The notes: generated from the letters alone by a model not told the origin. Shown: positions 7,800 through 18,371, counted from the first letter of the stretch. The stretch: DNA of 58,710 nucleotides from an uncultured Phycisphaeraceae bacterium (GCA_964622625.1 CAZUUQ010000004.1:7517-66226); one strand, 5' to 3'. Translations and numbers: made by a program.

Positions 7800-9785
7800 A
7801 TGAGTTCTCCCACCACCACCCACGGAAGCGCCAATGCCCAGGCGGCTGACGGCCGCGTCATCCCCCCGCCCCCGAGTTTCGCCGCCAAGGCCCACATTCC
7901 TTCGTTGCAGGATTACGAGCGCATGTACAACCGGTCGATCGACGACCCGGCGGGCTTCTGGTCGGAGATTGCGGAGGACTTCGTCTGGCAGAAGAAGTGG
8001 AGCAAGGTCCGCGAGTGGACCTTCCGCGACAGCGTGTCGATCAAGTGGTTCCTGGACGGCAAGACCAACATCACGGTCAACGCTTTGGATCGGCACCTGG
8101 AGAAGCGCGGCAACCAGACGGCGCTGATCTGGGAGGGCAACGAGCCGGGCGAGGACGGCAAGCTGACGTATCGCGAACTGCATGAGCAGGTGTGCAGGTT
8201 CGCCAACGTGCTCAAGAGCCTTGGGGTGGTCAAGGGTGACCGCGTCTGCCTGTACATGCAGATGATCCCGGAATTGGCGATCGCGATGCTGGCATGCGCC
8301 CGCATTGGGGCGATTCACTCGATCGTGTTCGGGGCTTTCAGCGAGGAGGCGCTGCGCGACCGCATCAACGACTCGGCGTGCAAGATTCTGGTGACGCAGG
8401 ACACGGCCCTGCGCGGCAAGAAGAATGACATCCCCATGAAGGCCAAGGCCGATCTGGGTGTCGATCACACGCCATCGATCCAGCACATCATCGTCGTCCG
8501 CCGCACGGCCCATCCGGTCGACATGACCCCCGGCCGCGATATCTGGTGGCACGAGGCGATGGCGAAGGCGGACGCGAAATGCGAGCCGGTCTGGATGGAT
8601 GCCGAGGACCCGCTTTTCATCCTGTACACCTCCGGCTCGACGGGCAAGCCCAAGGGTGTGCTGCACACCACGGGCGGGTACATGGTCTATGCCGCGACGA
8701 CCTTCAAGTATATTTTCGACTATCACGACGGCGACATCTGGTGGTGCACGGCCGACATCGGCTGGATCACGGGGCACAGCTACATCATCTACGGACCGCT
8801 GTGCAACGGAGCGACGTCGATCATGTTCGAGGGCGTGCCGACGTATCCCGACGCGGGGCGTTTCTGGGATGTGGTCGACAAGTACAAGGTCACGCAATTC
8901 TACACAGCTCCGACGGCGATCCGCGCCCTGATGCGCGAGGGCGAGGAGCACGTGACCAAGCGCGACCTGTCGAGTCTCAAACTGCTGGGCACCGTTGGCG
9001 AGCCGATCAACCCGGAAGTGTGGTTGTGGTATTGGCGCACCGTCGGCAAGGAGAAGACGCCGGTAGTCGACACGTGGTGGCAGACGGAGACCGGCGGGAT
9101 TCTTATCACGCCATTGCCGGGCGCGATGAACCTCAAGCCCGGCTCGGCGAGTCGGCCGTTCTTTGGCGTCCAGCCGGTGATCCTCGACGACAACGGCAAG
9201 GAGGTCGGCGCGGGTGAAAGCGGCAAGCTCTGCATCCGCGAGCCGTGGCCCGGCATCATGCGTACCACGTGGGGTGACCACGAGCGCTTCGTGCAGACCT
9301 ACTTCAGCACGTATGCCGGTTACTACTTCACCGGTGACGGCTGCCGCAAGGATGCCGACGGCGACTACTGGTTGCTGGGACGCGTGGACGACGTGATCAA
9401 CGTTTCGGGCCATCGGCTGGGCACGGCCGAGGTGGAAAGCGCGTTGGTGTCGCACCCGGCCGTCGCCGAGGCTGCGGTGGTCGGCTTCCCGCATGACATC
9501 AAGGGCCAGGGCATCTACGCCTACGTGACGCTCAAGGCCGACCAGCATCCCAGCGACGACCTGAAGAAGGATCTGGTCAAGCACGTGCGGCACGAGATCG
9601 GCCCGATCGCCACGCCGGATGTGATCCAGTGGGCCCCCGGCCTGCCGAAGACGCGATCGGGCAAGATCATGCGCCGTATCCTGCGCAAGATCGCCGAAAA
9701 CATGCCTGAGCAGGTTGGCGACACCTCGACCCTGGCCGATCCCACAGTGGTCGACAACCTCGTCGCCAATCGATCAAAGGCATAA
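7800..9785 (+). CDS. acs: Acetyl-CoA synthetase (AMP-forming)
   Basis: It carries the [15 protein letters not shown]-binding motif plus [19 protein letters not shown] and [11 protein letters not shown]. At 661 aa its length is typical of Acs. Confidence 0.95.
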   Translation: MSSPTTTHGSANAQAADGRVIPPPPSFAAKAHIPSLQDYERMYNRSIDDPAGFWSEIAEDFVWQKKWSKVREWTFRDSVSIKWFLDGKTNITVNALDRHLEKRGNQTALIWEGNEPGEDGKLTYRELHEQVCRFANVLKSLGVVKGDRVCLYMQMIPELAIAMLACARIGAIHSIVFGAFSEEALRDRINDSACKILVTQDTALRGKKNDIPMKAKADLGVDHTPSIQHIIVVRRTAHPVDMTPGRDIWWHEAMAKADAKCEPVWMDAEDPLFILYTSGSTGKPKGVLHTTGGYMVYAATTFKYIFDYHDGDIWWCTADIGWITGHSYIIYGPLCNGATSIMFEGVPTYPDAGRFWDVVDKYKVTQFYTAPTAIRALMREGEEHVTKRDLSSLKLLGTVGEPINPEVWLWYWRTVGKEKTPVVDTWWQTETGGILITPLPGAMNLKPGSASRPFFGVQPVILDDNGKEVGAGESGKLCIREPWPGIMRTTWGDHERFVQTYFSTYAGYYFTGDGCRKDADGDYWLLGRVDDVINVSGHRLGTAEVESALVSHPAVAEAAVVGFPHDIKGQGIYAYVTLKADQHPSDDLKKDLVKHVRHEIGPIATPDVIQWAPGLPKTRSGKIMRRILRKIAENMPEQVGDTSTLADPTVVDNLVANRSKA

Positions 9786-9815
9786 ATCGTCAAGGCGGCA
9801 ATTGTTCAACCGATG

Positions 9816-9847
9816 CAGGCTGAGCGGTGAGTCGCTCAGCCTGTTTT
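9816..9847. terminator. Bidirectional terminator between the convergent acs and GH94-like genes
   Basis: A perfect 11-bp stem caggctgagcg/cgctcagcctg is followed by TTTT. It overlaps the stop codon of the minus-strand gene. Confidence 0.6.
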
Positions 9848-12175
9848 ATGTGTCAAACGAGCTGGTGTTGAAGAACGATGGCGCTCGGCCTTGAGCACGA
9901 CATGCACGTCATGTGCTTGGCCGTCGACAGGCAGCACAGCATGAGCGGGATGCTCCCGGCCGTTTATCGTGATGCTGCTGACCGCGGCCGCTTCGCGCTT
10001 GCCGGGGTTGATGATGTTCACTCGGTACGTCGTACCGCGGTAGGTGCGTGTGATGGCAGCACGGTCCCAGGCACCGGGCAGGCATGGCCGGACGCGCAGG
10101 CCGTCGTAGCCGCGGCGCAGGCCGAGCATGTGTTCGACCATGAGCATGAACATCCACGAAGCTGATCCGGTGACCCACATGTGCTCGGCCCGGCCGATCT
10201 CGATGTCGTTGTCCGGCCCGAAGTAGCCGTTGGCGAAGATGTTCGGCTGCGTGGCCGTAGGACGGACCGGGTTGCCGGGCGCGATGTCCTGCCAGATTCG
10301 CCAGGCCTCGTCGGCCATGCCGCGCTCAAGCAGGGCGAGGATCATGAACGCGTTGCCGTGCGTGTAGACGCTGCCGTTCTCACAGATGCCTGGCCGCAGA
10401 TACGAAAGCCGGCCGACGTTCGCCTGCGGCTTCGTGTAGGTCGGCCAGTTGAGCATCAATCCCCAGCCGCTGTCCAGATGCTCGCGGCAGGCGGTCCAGG
10501 CGGTGTTGAACCGCTCGTCATCCGCGACGCCGCCGAGTTGCGCCCAACTTTGCATGTTCAGGAAGAGCTTGCCCTCGGCGTTGTGCTGCGATCCGATGGG
10601 CTGACCGTCGTCGTCAAGGGCACAGACGTACCATCGGCCGTCCCACGCATGCGCGTTGATCGCGGCCGCCATCTCGCCGTGCCATGCCCGCATGCGCGCG
10701 GCATCGTCGCGGCGCCCCAGGTGATCGGCCAGTTCGGCCATCAGCAGTGCGGCACGGCAGAACGCCTGCGACAGCCACACGCTTTCGCCCTTGCCACGCC
10801 GGCCCGCGGCCGTCAGCGAGTCGTTCCAGTCCCCGAAGAAAATCAGGCAAAGCCCGTGCGCCCCGCGATCCTCGCGCAGCCGCTCCATCGCCTTCATCAG
10901 GTGGCCGTACACCGTGTCCGCGCCCGAATCAAAGTAGGGGACCACCTCGTCAACGAACGCCAGGTCGCCCGTCTCCTTGAGATACTCGGTCACAGCCCCG
11001 ACCATCCACTGCGCGCTGTCGGCATAGCGCATCGGGTCCACCGGGTTCCAGCCGCGCAGGGCGAATCCGTCCTGATACTGATGGGCGCAGGCATCGCGCA
11101 GATGCCGACGCGCCAGCGCCGGGTCCTGCGTGATGATGCCCTGGCACTGCTGCACGATGTCGCGGTAGCCGAACCAGCCCCAGCGGCACCACGCGGCCCC
11201 GAAGTGCACCTGCTGCTTGACCCATACGTTGATCATGTTGTCGAGCTGGGCGTCGGGCGTGGCGATCTGGATGTTAGACATCATGGCCGCCCGATCGGCT
11301 CGCAGCTTGTCGAAGACCGGATCGGCATCGAGATTCCCGCCCAGATAGCGCTCGCGATAGCGCGCGATGGTGTCCACGGTCTCACACGCTCCAACCACAT
11401 AACGCGTGTCGGCATGTCCGTCCGCCGCCACATCCATGCTCACATGCAGCGAAACCGTGGGCGTCTGCATCGATGCGTGGCTGTCCGTGCAGCGGCCCTG
11501 TTCGACCGCCAGGGGGTTGATGATGGTGCGGCGGGGGCCGACGAAGCGGCGCATGTTGGCGTCCCAGCTCGCAGCCCGCCGGTCCGCTGTGATGAAGCCG
11601 TTGTGCAGCGGAAAATCGATCTCCTCGAAACGCTGCGAACCCTGCCAGACATACACCGCGTTGATCGCCGGCTCATACCGCGCCAGCCGCGACAGCGACC
11701 CGGTGTACGTGTCCGTGCCGTCGCAGTGCATCTCGCCGTAGGTCAGCACACTCACCTTCCGCGGCCGCCCCGACACGTCGGCCACACGCACATCCCAGAC
11801 CTCGACCGGGTCCCGCCCGGCGGGCACATACAGCCGCCAGGTGACTTTCAGATCCAGCGTCTGGTTTTCGATGATGTGGTAGCACAATCCCGAGCCGCAG
11901 CGATAACTTTGATATGGCCGATACGTCGGCCAGAAGCCGACGGAGAAGTACTGGCCGCTTGCGTCGTCGCGGACGTAGACAATCCGCTCAGCCTTGAGCA
12001 CGTTGTTGGTGAAATAGCCCTTGTCGTGACGCTTGAGATGCTTGCCGGCCCCGCAGGCGAGCTGGTCGATCATGGTGAAGTAAGCGTCGTTGAAGAGCAT
12101 GTTGTGAAACGGCCGGGCCGGCTCGGGCGTATCGAGCCAGCACTCGCGTCCATCAGCGGAGAAGGTGTATGGCAT
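9836..12175 (-). CDS. GH94-like glycoside phosphorylase (cellobiose/chitobiose phosphorylase superfamily)
   Basis: It is 779 aa long. The motifs WCRWGWFGYRDIVQQ and FFGDWNDSL (a catalytic-Asp-type DWND motif) are as remembered for GH94 (formerly GT36). No signal peptide is visible. Confidence 0.7.
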   Translation of the reverse strand: MPYTFSADGRECWLDTPEPARPFHNMLFNDAYFTMIDQLACGAGKHLKRHDKGYFTNNVLKAERIVYVRDDASGQYFSVGFWPTYRPYQSYRCGSGLCYHIIENQTLDLKVTWRLYVPAGRDPVEVWDVRVADVSGRPRKVSVLTYGEMHCDGTDTYTGSLSRLARYEPAINAVYVWQGSQRFEEIDFPLHNGFITADRRAASWDANMRRFVGPRRTIINPLAVEQGRCTDSHASMQTPTVSLHVSMDVAADGHADTRYVVGACETVDTIARYRERYLGGNLDADPVFDKLRADRAAMMSNIQIATPDAQLDNMINVWVKQQVHFGAAWCRWGWFGYRDIVQQCQGIITQDPALARRHLRDACAHQYQDGFALRGWNPVDPMRYADSAQWMVGAVTEYLKETGDLAFVDEVVPYFDSGADTVYGHLMKAMERLREDRGAHGLCLIFFGDWNDSLTAAGRRGKGESVWLSQAFCRAALLMAELADHLGRRDDAARMRAWHGEMAAAINAHAWDGRWYVCALDDDGQPIGSQHNAEGKLFLNMQSWAQLGGVADDERFNTAWTACREHLDSGWGLMLNWPTYTKPQANVGRLSYLRPGICENGSVYTHGNAFMILALLERGMADEAWRIWQDIAPGNPVRPTATQPNIFANGYFGPDNDIEIGRAEHMWVTGSASWMFMLMVEHMLGLRRGYDGLRVRPCLPGAWDRAAITRTYRGTTYRVNIINPGKREAAAVSSITINGREHPAHAVLPVDGQAHDVHVVLKAERHRSSTPARLTHKTG

Positions 12176-12218
12176 GGTGGGGCGGGGCAGGCAAAGGGGG
12201 TTGGAATACGGAGAACCG

Positions 12219-13850
12219 TCAGTGCGTGCGTGCGGAGCCGTCAGCGGCTTCGATGATCAGTAACCAGTCGCGGATCTCCGGGGCGATCATCGAGCCGCGC
12301 CCGCTGGTCACGACCGCGTTCGGACCGTCACAGTGTAATGGCCCCAGGTCGACCTCGTCGCCGGTTTCAGGATGAACCAGCAGGCTGCGGTAGGCCACGT
12401 CGGGTTCCAGATGTCGCCACGTCCACGGCTTGTTCCAGAAGGCGTCTGGATCGAGGTAGGCGATGCGGACCTGTCGCGGGATGCCAGCCGTAGGCACGCG
12501 CGGCGTGAGCCAGTCGGTGCGCGGCTGGAACGCCTGCCAGCGATATCGCCGCAGCACGCGGCCACTGACCGCCACGTGCGCCGCACCGGGTTGGCAGCTC
12601 GCCTCGCGCCAGGGCTTCAAGCCGCCCCATTGCGCACCGTGCGGCGAAACATACGGGGCCTCATCTTCCCCCTGCATCTGCCACAGCCCGTTGACGCCGT
12701 AGGTGTACCCGGCCGCGCCGGCCAGGAAGCTCGACCAGACACTGGCACGCTGAATGTCCGGTCCGCACGTACCCATGATGTTCTCGTAGTTCAGTTCGCT
12801 CACGACCACGGGCATCACCGGGTCCAGGCCGCGCACCTCCCGCAGGCGGTTGACGGCATTGGCCACGCTGCCGAAGCCCGTGTGCCCCGCCTGGAGCATG
12901 TCGAAGTCCAGCAGGCTCGCATCTTCGATCTGGTAGCGGCCCACGTGCGTCGGGTGGATGGTCATAGGCCGATCGTAGGCTCCGCGGTTGACCTGGCGAA
13001 CGTACGCGGCGATCTGTGTCCAGCCGCGGCGAAGTTCCTGGCGATCGTGCTCGAAGGTCGACGACAGGTACCAGGGCATTTCACCCTCACCGGCCAGACA
13101 GAACACCACCGGATAGGCGCTGTACCGCGCCAGCAGGTAGCGCCAGTATTGCCGCATCTTCAGCGGTCCCATCATCAGCAGGTAGTAGCCCCAGCAGGCG
13201 AAGAGACACGGGACCAGACCCACTGCGACAAGCTTCTCGATGCGGCGATCCGCGGCCTCGAAATACGAGGGGTTCAGACGCCCGTAGGCGCCGGTCCACG
13301 GATAGCCCGTCTCGCCTGCGCCGCGCGGATCACCCAATGCCATGTCCGGGTGCAGACCAGTGGTAAGCTGAATCAGCGTGAAGCCCTGCTGCACACGTCG
13401 GGTCACCAGCTCGTCAAAGCCCGCGTCGTCCAGCCGGCTGCACAGCGCCATCCACCAGGTATCGCCCAGCCAGAAAAAGGGGGAACCGTCGGCATGTTCG
13501 AAATGGCGGCGACTGGCGCTGACCCCCAGCGGTCCGCGGCGAAGCAGGAGATTGGGTTCGTCGTTTGACGGCGTGACGGTGAAATTACCTTGCCTGCCGT
13601 GAAGCCCGCTGTCGCCGACGTCGGAGCACACGGTGCGGAACTGATGGCATCCCGGGATACGTCCACTGAGTCGGACAGCCCATCGGCGTCCGCCGCTCCA
13701 GAAGGCGGGCACGCAGCGCTGCCTGCCGTCCGGCTCGGTGACGATCACATCAAGTTCGATGACGGTCGGGGGATCGGCGTGATCGGCGCTGCTTTCGAAT
13801 GTGAAGGGCGCGACGTGGCTGGGAGCGAGGGTCGTCATGGCGGCGAGCAT
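12219..13850 (-). CDS. DUF4038/GH140-like glycoside hydrolase with a DUF5060-like N-terminal domain
   Basis: The motif HADGSPFFWLGDTWW is characteristic of DUF4038/GH140. The start is uncertain, with ATGs at 13916, 13850 and 13838. Codons upstream of 13850 have poor GC3. Confidence 0.6.
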   Translation of the reverse strand: MLAAMTTLAPSHVAPFTFESSADHADPPTVIELDVIVTEPDGRQRCVPAFWSGGRRWAVRLSGRIPGCHQFRTVCSDVGDSGLHGRQGNFTVTPSNDEPNLLLRRGPLGVSASRRHFEHADGSPFFWLGDTWWMALCSRLDDAGFDELVTRRVQQGFTLIQLTTGLHPDMALGDPRGAGETGYPWTGAYGRLNPSYFEAADRRIEKLVAVGLVPCLFACWGYYLLMMGPLKMRQYWRYLLARYSAYPVVFCLAGEGEMPWYLSSTFEHDRQELRRGWTQIAAYVRQVNRGAYDRPMTIHPTHVGRYQIEDASLLDFDMLQAGHTGFGSVANAVNRLREVRGLDPVMPVVVSELNYENIMGTCGPDIQRASVWSSFLAGAAGYTYGVNGLWQMQGEDEAPYVSPHGAQWGGLKPWREASCQPGAAHVAVSGRVLRRYRWQAFQPRTDWLTPRVPTAGIPRQVRIAYLDPDAFWNKPWTWRHLEPDVAYRSLLVHPETGDEVDLGPLHCDGPNAVVTSGRGSMIAPEIRDWLLIIEAADGSARTH

Positions 13851-14028
13851 TCCATGCGGGGTGGCGATTGGCAGCCACCTTATATTCGTGACCGTCGCGG
13901 TCAAAACCGTTTGCATTCCGCTTCCCGCGGCGGTAGCTTGCGCGGCCGATTTTGAGGCTGCCGGCTGGCGCCGCCAATTGGTGCTAACGGTCGGCGGCCC
14001 CGCCCGCCCGCCTTGGAGTGCATCACCT

Positions 14029-14529
14029 ATGAGTCAGGCAGTGATGGTCGAACGCGACATGCTCGTGACCCTCGGTCCGCAGGCGCAGGTGGTCCCCTTG
14101 GGCCGCGATGCCGAAGCGCGACCGGTCGAAGTGGTGGACCAGGCCGGGGCGGCAACTGCACCCTTTGCAGGTCCGGTTGTGTTCCGTCTGCCCCTCGTGC
14201 TGCCCAAGGCAGGGCGCTTGCAGAGCTGCGAGGCCACCCTGACCACAAGCCACGCCGGCCGCGTTGACTTCGCCGGTGCGGCCGGGCATGACGTTGCGGC
14301 CGGACGCGGGCATAGCGTGACGTTGGACATCGGCGACAAGGCGGTGACCGGGAGCGACTTCGTGATTGAAGAGCTGCCCTTCGCCGATTTCGCCCAGTTC
14401 GACCTCGCGGTGACCGTCGACGCCCCCGCCGGCCAGATCGCGCGACTGACGCTCAAGGCTGTCATCCACTACCGCCTGCCCGAAGAAAGCGCGGCCGACT
14501 ACCTCAACTACATCATGACCCAGGCGTGA
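14029..14529 (+). CDS. Hypothetical protein (166 aa), first gene of the plus-strand glycan operon
   Basis: The frame shows strong GC3 bias. I recognise no motif, signal peptide or TM segment. The ORF-track start at 13801 would overlap the divergent gene, so the ATG at 14029 is preferred. Confidence 0.45.
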   Translation: MSQAVMVERDMLVTLGPQAQVVPLGRDAEARPVEVVDQAGAATAPFAGPVVFRLPLVLPKAGRLQSCEATLTTSHAGRVDFAGAAGHDVAAGRGHSVTLDIGDKAVTGSDFVIEELPFADFAQFDLAVTVDAPAGQIARLTLKAVIHYRLPEESAADYLNYIMTQA

Positions 14530-14638
14530 TTCCCAGGCGGGATGATCGTCGAGTGGCCTCGGTCCATTCGGTTTCCTGACGTGGCGGGCAAGCCCGCCCG
14601 CTAAATCAAACCCCAGCCTCCAGACCCTAGACTCCACC

Positions 14639-17008
14639 ATGCCCACCACATCAGACGCCGAGCTCGCCACCAAACTCGCAGCCAGCCGCGACTGGTCCCA
14701 CTTCGGCCGCTTCGACGACGACCGCGACGAATTCGTCGTCACCACGCCGACTCCGCCGCTGCCCTGGGACAACTACATCTTCAACGACCGCTATCTCTCC
14801 GTGGTCGACCACCTCGGCCGCGGCTGGTCCAAGCTCCACACCCGCGAAGGCTATGTGACGTTCCTCTGGAACCTCACTGCCATGTACGAACGCGAAGACA
14901 ACCGCTACGTCTACCTCCGCGACGACGAGAGCGGCAAAGCCTGGTCGCTTGGCCCGTTCCCCATGCCCGGGGCTGAGCAGTTCGAATGCGCCCACGGCCT
15001 GGGCTACACCGAAATCCGCTCCAACACCGACGGCATCCGCGCCGCCCTGCGCATCACCGTCCCCATGGGCCAGGACCCCGTCGAGCTGTGGCAGGTCACC
15101 GTCTCCAACGAATCGGGCCGGCCACGGAAAATCAACGTCTTCACCTATGGCCGCGTCTCCCTGCGCGGCGCGGCGACGCATGGCTACATCCACTTCTGCC
15201 AGGCCGCCTGGCGCGACGACATCAAAGCCCTCTACTTCCAGAACAACGCCCCCGGCCTGCCGCACCCGCGCTACAAGGCCTTCCAGGCGGCCGACTTTAC
15301 ACCCGATTCCTTCGCCTGCTCGAAGGGCGGATTCACCGGCCCATACCGCGGCCTGCACAACCCGCTGGCGCTGGAGACCGGCTCGCTGCCCAACGCCCCG
15401 GCAAGCCGCGAACCCATGGCAGCGTGCTTCCATAAAGCGCTCACGCTCAAGGCCGGCGCATCGCAGACGCTGAGCCTGCTGGCCGGCATCGTCGGCTCAC
15501 CCGAAGAAGCGGGGCGGTTCATCGCTCAATACCTCAAGGCCGACGGGCCGAAGCAAGTCGAGAAGGGCGTCAGCGAACAGGCCGCCCGCATGCTCGCCTC
15601 CCCACGCATCCAGACGCCCGATGCCAAGCTCGACCGCCTCGTCAACGTCTGGACCAAGCAGCAGGTCGCCCTCGGCGCCGGCTGGGGACGCTGGGGCTGG
15701 CGCGGCTACCGCGACCTCGTCCAGCAGACCCACGGGGCCAACTATTTCGACCTGCCCCGCGTCAAGGCCAATCTCAGCGAGTCCATGACCTGGCAGATGC
15801 GAGACGGCTTCTGCGTCCGCGGCTGGGCCCCCTTCAGCCCCAAACGCTATGCCGACAGCGCCTTGTGGCTCTGCTACACCGCCAACGACTACGTCAAGGA
15901 GTCCGGCGACCGCGACTACATGCACCGCATCCTGCCCTACCGCGACGGCGGCGTCGGACCGGTCTGGGAGCACCTGATGCGCGGCTGCCACAAGGCCTTC
16001 ACCGACACCGGCCCGCACGGCCTGCCCCTGATCCACCAGGGCGACTGGAACGATTCGCTCTCCATGGTCGGCGAGAAGGGCATCGGTGAAAGCACGTGGA
16101 TCGCCATGGCCCTCTGCTGGTCGCTGCTTGAGCTGCGCGAGCTGTTCGCCGCCTGCGGCCTCGATGAACAGGCCGCCACCGTCATGCAGTGGCACAAGAC
16201 CATGGCCGACCGCGTCAACCAGCACGCGTGGGACGGCGGCTGGTATGTCCGCGGCTTCTGCGACAACGGCCATGCGTTCGGCTCGGCGAAGAACACCGAG
16301 GGCCGCATCTATCTCAACAGCCAGTCGTGGGCCATCCTCGGCGAGGTTGTGTCCGACGCGCGGCGGCAGACGATCATCGACGCGATGGAGAAGCACCTGC
16401 GCGTGCCCTATGGCTACCTGACGCTCGCGCCGGCCTACACGACGTTCGACTCCAACATCGGCCGCATCACCGGCATGCCGCCCGGCACCGGCGAAAACGC
16501 GGCCGTCTATGTCCACGCCAACGCCTTCATGTATGCCGCGCTGCTCAAGCTCCGCCAGGCCGACCGCGCCCTCGAACTGATGCAGACCATCCATCCCTGC
16601 AACAGCGTCAACCCCACAGAAAACAGCGGCGCCACGCCCTATGTGCTGCCCAACAGCTACTACGGCCCCGGGTACTTCAAGCCCGGCCGTATCGAAGGCA
16701 CGTGGGTCACCGGCTCGGCCGGCTGGTACATGCACCAGACCGTCGAGCACATGTGCGGCATCCACCGCATGCACGACGGCCTGAAGATCGACCCCTGCCT
16801 GCCGACAGCGTGGGACCACGTCAAGGTCCACCGCGTCTACCGCGGCCAGGTGTTCGACTTCGACATCCGCCGCGACAAGGCGGCCAAGGGCGTGAGCGTC
16901 ACCCTCGACGGCAGAAAGCTGGCCGAGCCGTTCATCCCCGTGGCCCTCAGCGCCGCGAAAGGCGCCACCGGCACCGGCCACAAGGTGGAAGTCCGTGTCG
17001 GTTCCTGA
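14639..17008 (+). CDS. GH94-like glycoside phosphorylase, paralog of 9836..12175
   Basis: It is 789 aa long and has the same motif set, GWGRWGWRGYRDLVQQ and HQGDWNDSL. By eye it is about 35-40% identical to the other copy. Confidence 0.7.
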   Translation: MPTTSDAELATKLAASRDWSHFGRFDDDRDEFVVTTPTPPLPWDNYIFNDRYLSVVDHLGRGWSKLHTREGYVTFLWNLTAMYEREDNRYVYLRDDESGKAWSLGPFPMPGAEQFECAHGLGYTEIRSNTDGIRAALRITVPMGQDPVELWQVTVSNESGRPRKINVFTYGRVSLRGAATHGYIHFCQAAWRDDIKALYFQNNAPGLPHPRYKAFQAADFTPDSFACSKGGFTGPYRGLHNPLALETGSLPNAPASREPMAACFHKALTLKAGASQTLSLLAGIVGSPEEAGRFIAQYLKADGPKQVEKGVSEQAARMLASPRIQTPDAKLDRLVNVWTKQQVALGAGWGRWGWRGYRDLVQQTHGANYFDLPRVKANLSESMTWQMRDGFCVRGWAPFSPKRYADSALWLCYTANDYVKESGDRDYMHRILPYRDGGVGPVWEHLMRGCHKAFTDTGPHGLPLIHQGDWNDSLSMVGEKGIGESTWIAMALCWSLLELRELFAACGLDEQAATVMQWHKTMADRVNQHAWDGGWYVRGFCDNGHAFGSAKNTEGRIYLNSQSWAILGEVVSDARRQTIIDAMEKHLRVPYGYLTLAPAYTTFDSNIGRITGMPPGTGENAAVYVHANAFMYAALLKLRQADRALELMQTIHPCNSVNPTENSGATPYVLPNSYYGPGYFKPGRIEGTWVTGSAGWYMHQTVEHMCGIHRMHDGLKIDPCLPTAWDHVKVHRVYRGQVFDFDIRRDKAAKGVSVTLDGRKLAEPFIPVALSAAKGATGTGHKVEVRVGS

Positions 17009-17044
17009 GCATGTCTGCGGATTTGGGGCGGCTGTGGTGTCACC

Positions 17045-18295
17045 ATGACCCTATGCACAGACAGGCCGACCCGTGATGCGGCGACGCCCCTCAGTGTCGG
17101 ACCCGCGCCGCTGTCGCGCCTGATCGTGCTGACGGTGCTTCAGTCGATGCTGGTCGTGTTCATCACCCGCGGCGTCTATTTCTTCACCGAGCAGCACTTC
17201 GGCTTCACCCGCGGGCAGAACCTGCTGCTGGCGGTGTGTCACGGCACGATCTACACCATCGGCGGACTTCTGAGCCATCGCATCGCGTCCATGGCGGACG
17301 AGCGCACCGTCCTGCGCTGCGTGACGCTGAGCTTGAGTATTTCAGCGCTGATCCCCGCCCTCTGGCCGCGCCCGGCCGTGGTGATCGTCTGTTACGTGGT
17401 CATGTCGCTGGTGTCCGGCTCCATGTGGGCCCTGATGCAGAGTTATGTCTCCGCCGGCCGCTCGACCCGCAACGCCTCGCGGGCCATCGGCCTGTTCAAC
17501 ATCACCTGGGCGGCCATGGTGCCCTTGAGCGTCGCCAGCGTCGGCCCGCTGCTGGCTCTGGAAGCGCTGCCCGGTTGGCCGCAGCTTCTGCCGCCGCTGA
17601 TGTTCGCCCTGCCCGCGGTCGCCGGTTTCGTCGCGCTCTGGCTGGCACGGCCGCTGCCCCTGCGGCCGGCCTATCTGCCCGACGACCACCCGGATAGGCT
17701 GCCCGCCGCCCTGACGCAGCGCTACGCGGCCCTCCTCCTGTCGAGCCGGGCTGTCATGTTCGTCGGTTGCGCCGTCATCTTCATCCTCGTGCCGCAGGTG
17801 CCCGTGATCTTCAAGCAGCGCTTCGACCTGCCCGTGCAACTCGCCTCACCCCTGGCAGCCCTGCTCGATCTGGCCCGCTGGCTGGCGTACGCGCTGTTCA
17901 TGGCCACGATGTTCTGGCATGGACGGCCGAGCGTGCTGATCTTCGCGATGGTCGCCCTGCCCGTCGGCCTGCTGGCGGCCCTGCTGGGCCAGCACTGGAC
18001 CATTGTGGCAGTCGGCGAACTGCTCTGCGGCGCGGGCGTGGGCGTCGCGGGAGCGGTCGCGATCTACTACGCCATGCAACTGAAGAACGCGGCCGTCCAG
18101 GCCGGCGGCTACCACGAAGCGGTGATCGGCCTGGGCTTCGCCTTCGGCCCGCTGGCGGGCCTCTTCGGCCTGGCGCTGCACGACGCCGTCGGCCAACCGA
18201 TGCTCGCCGACGCCATCGGCGTCAGCCCCGTCATCCTTGTCGGCCTGCTCGCCGGCCTGTACCCCCTGCGCCGCATTCTGCTGCGACGGACTTGA
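17045..18295 (+). CDS. MFS-type membrane transporter
   Basis: It is 416 aa long and hydrophobic throughout, with about 12 helices. It lies immediately downstream of the phosphorylase gene. Confidence 0.6.
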   Translation: MTLCTDRPTRDAATPLSVGPAPLSRLIVLTVLQSMLVVFITRGVYFFTEQHFGFTRGQNLLLAVCHGTIYTIGGLLSHRIASMADERTVLRCVTLSLSISALIPALWPRPAVVIVCYVVMSLVSGSMWALMQSYVSAGRSTRNASRAIGLFNITWAAMVPLSVASVGPLLALEALPGWPQLLPPLMFALPAVAGFVALWLARPLPLRPAYLPDDHPDRLPAALTQRYAALLLSSRAVMFVGCAVIFILVPQVPVIFKQRFDLPVQLASPLAALLDLARWLAYALFMATMFWHGRPSVLIFAMVALPVGLLAALLGQHWTIVAVGELLCGAGVGVAGAVAIYYAMQLKNAAVQAGGYHEAVIGLGFAFGPLAGLFGLALHDAVGQPMLADAIGVSPVILVGLLAGLYPLRRILLRRT

Positions 18296-18371
18296 TGCTG
18301 CATTGATCTGAGGCGATGCTTCGCTCTGTCGCCGAGGCGCGTCGGGATAGCGGCTTTCATAGAATGTCGCC

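Noticed and set aside
7782-9593. Very long antisense ORFs lie opposite well-supported genes. Examples are 7782..9593 (-), 10181..12256 (+), 15497..16981 (-), 35129..36787 (-), 38489..40426 (-) and 55778..58708 (+).
   Set aside because: These are typical high-GC shadow ORFs. Their translations are Arg/Ala/Gly/His-rich with no motifs, while the opposite strand encodes unmistakable Acs, GH94-like, HD-GYP, GspE and aconitase proteins.
13801-14028. The small-protein ORF extends upstream and overlaps the divergent GH140-like gene.
   Set aside because: It would require about 50-115 nt of coding overlap on opposite strands, and the extension has no coding-like features. The internal ATG at 14029 gives a clean divergent arrangement.
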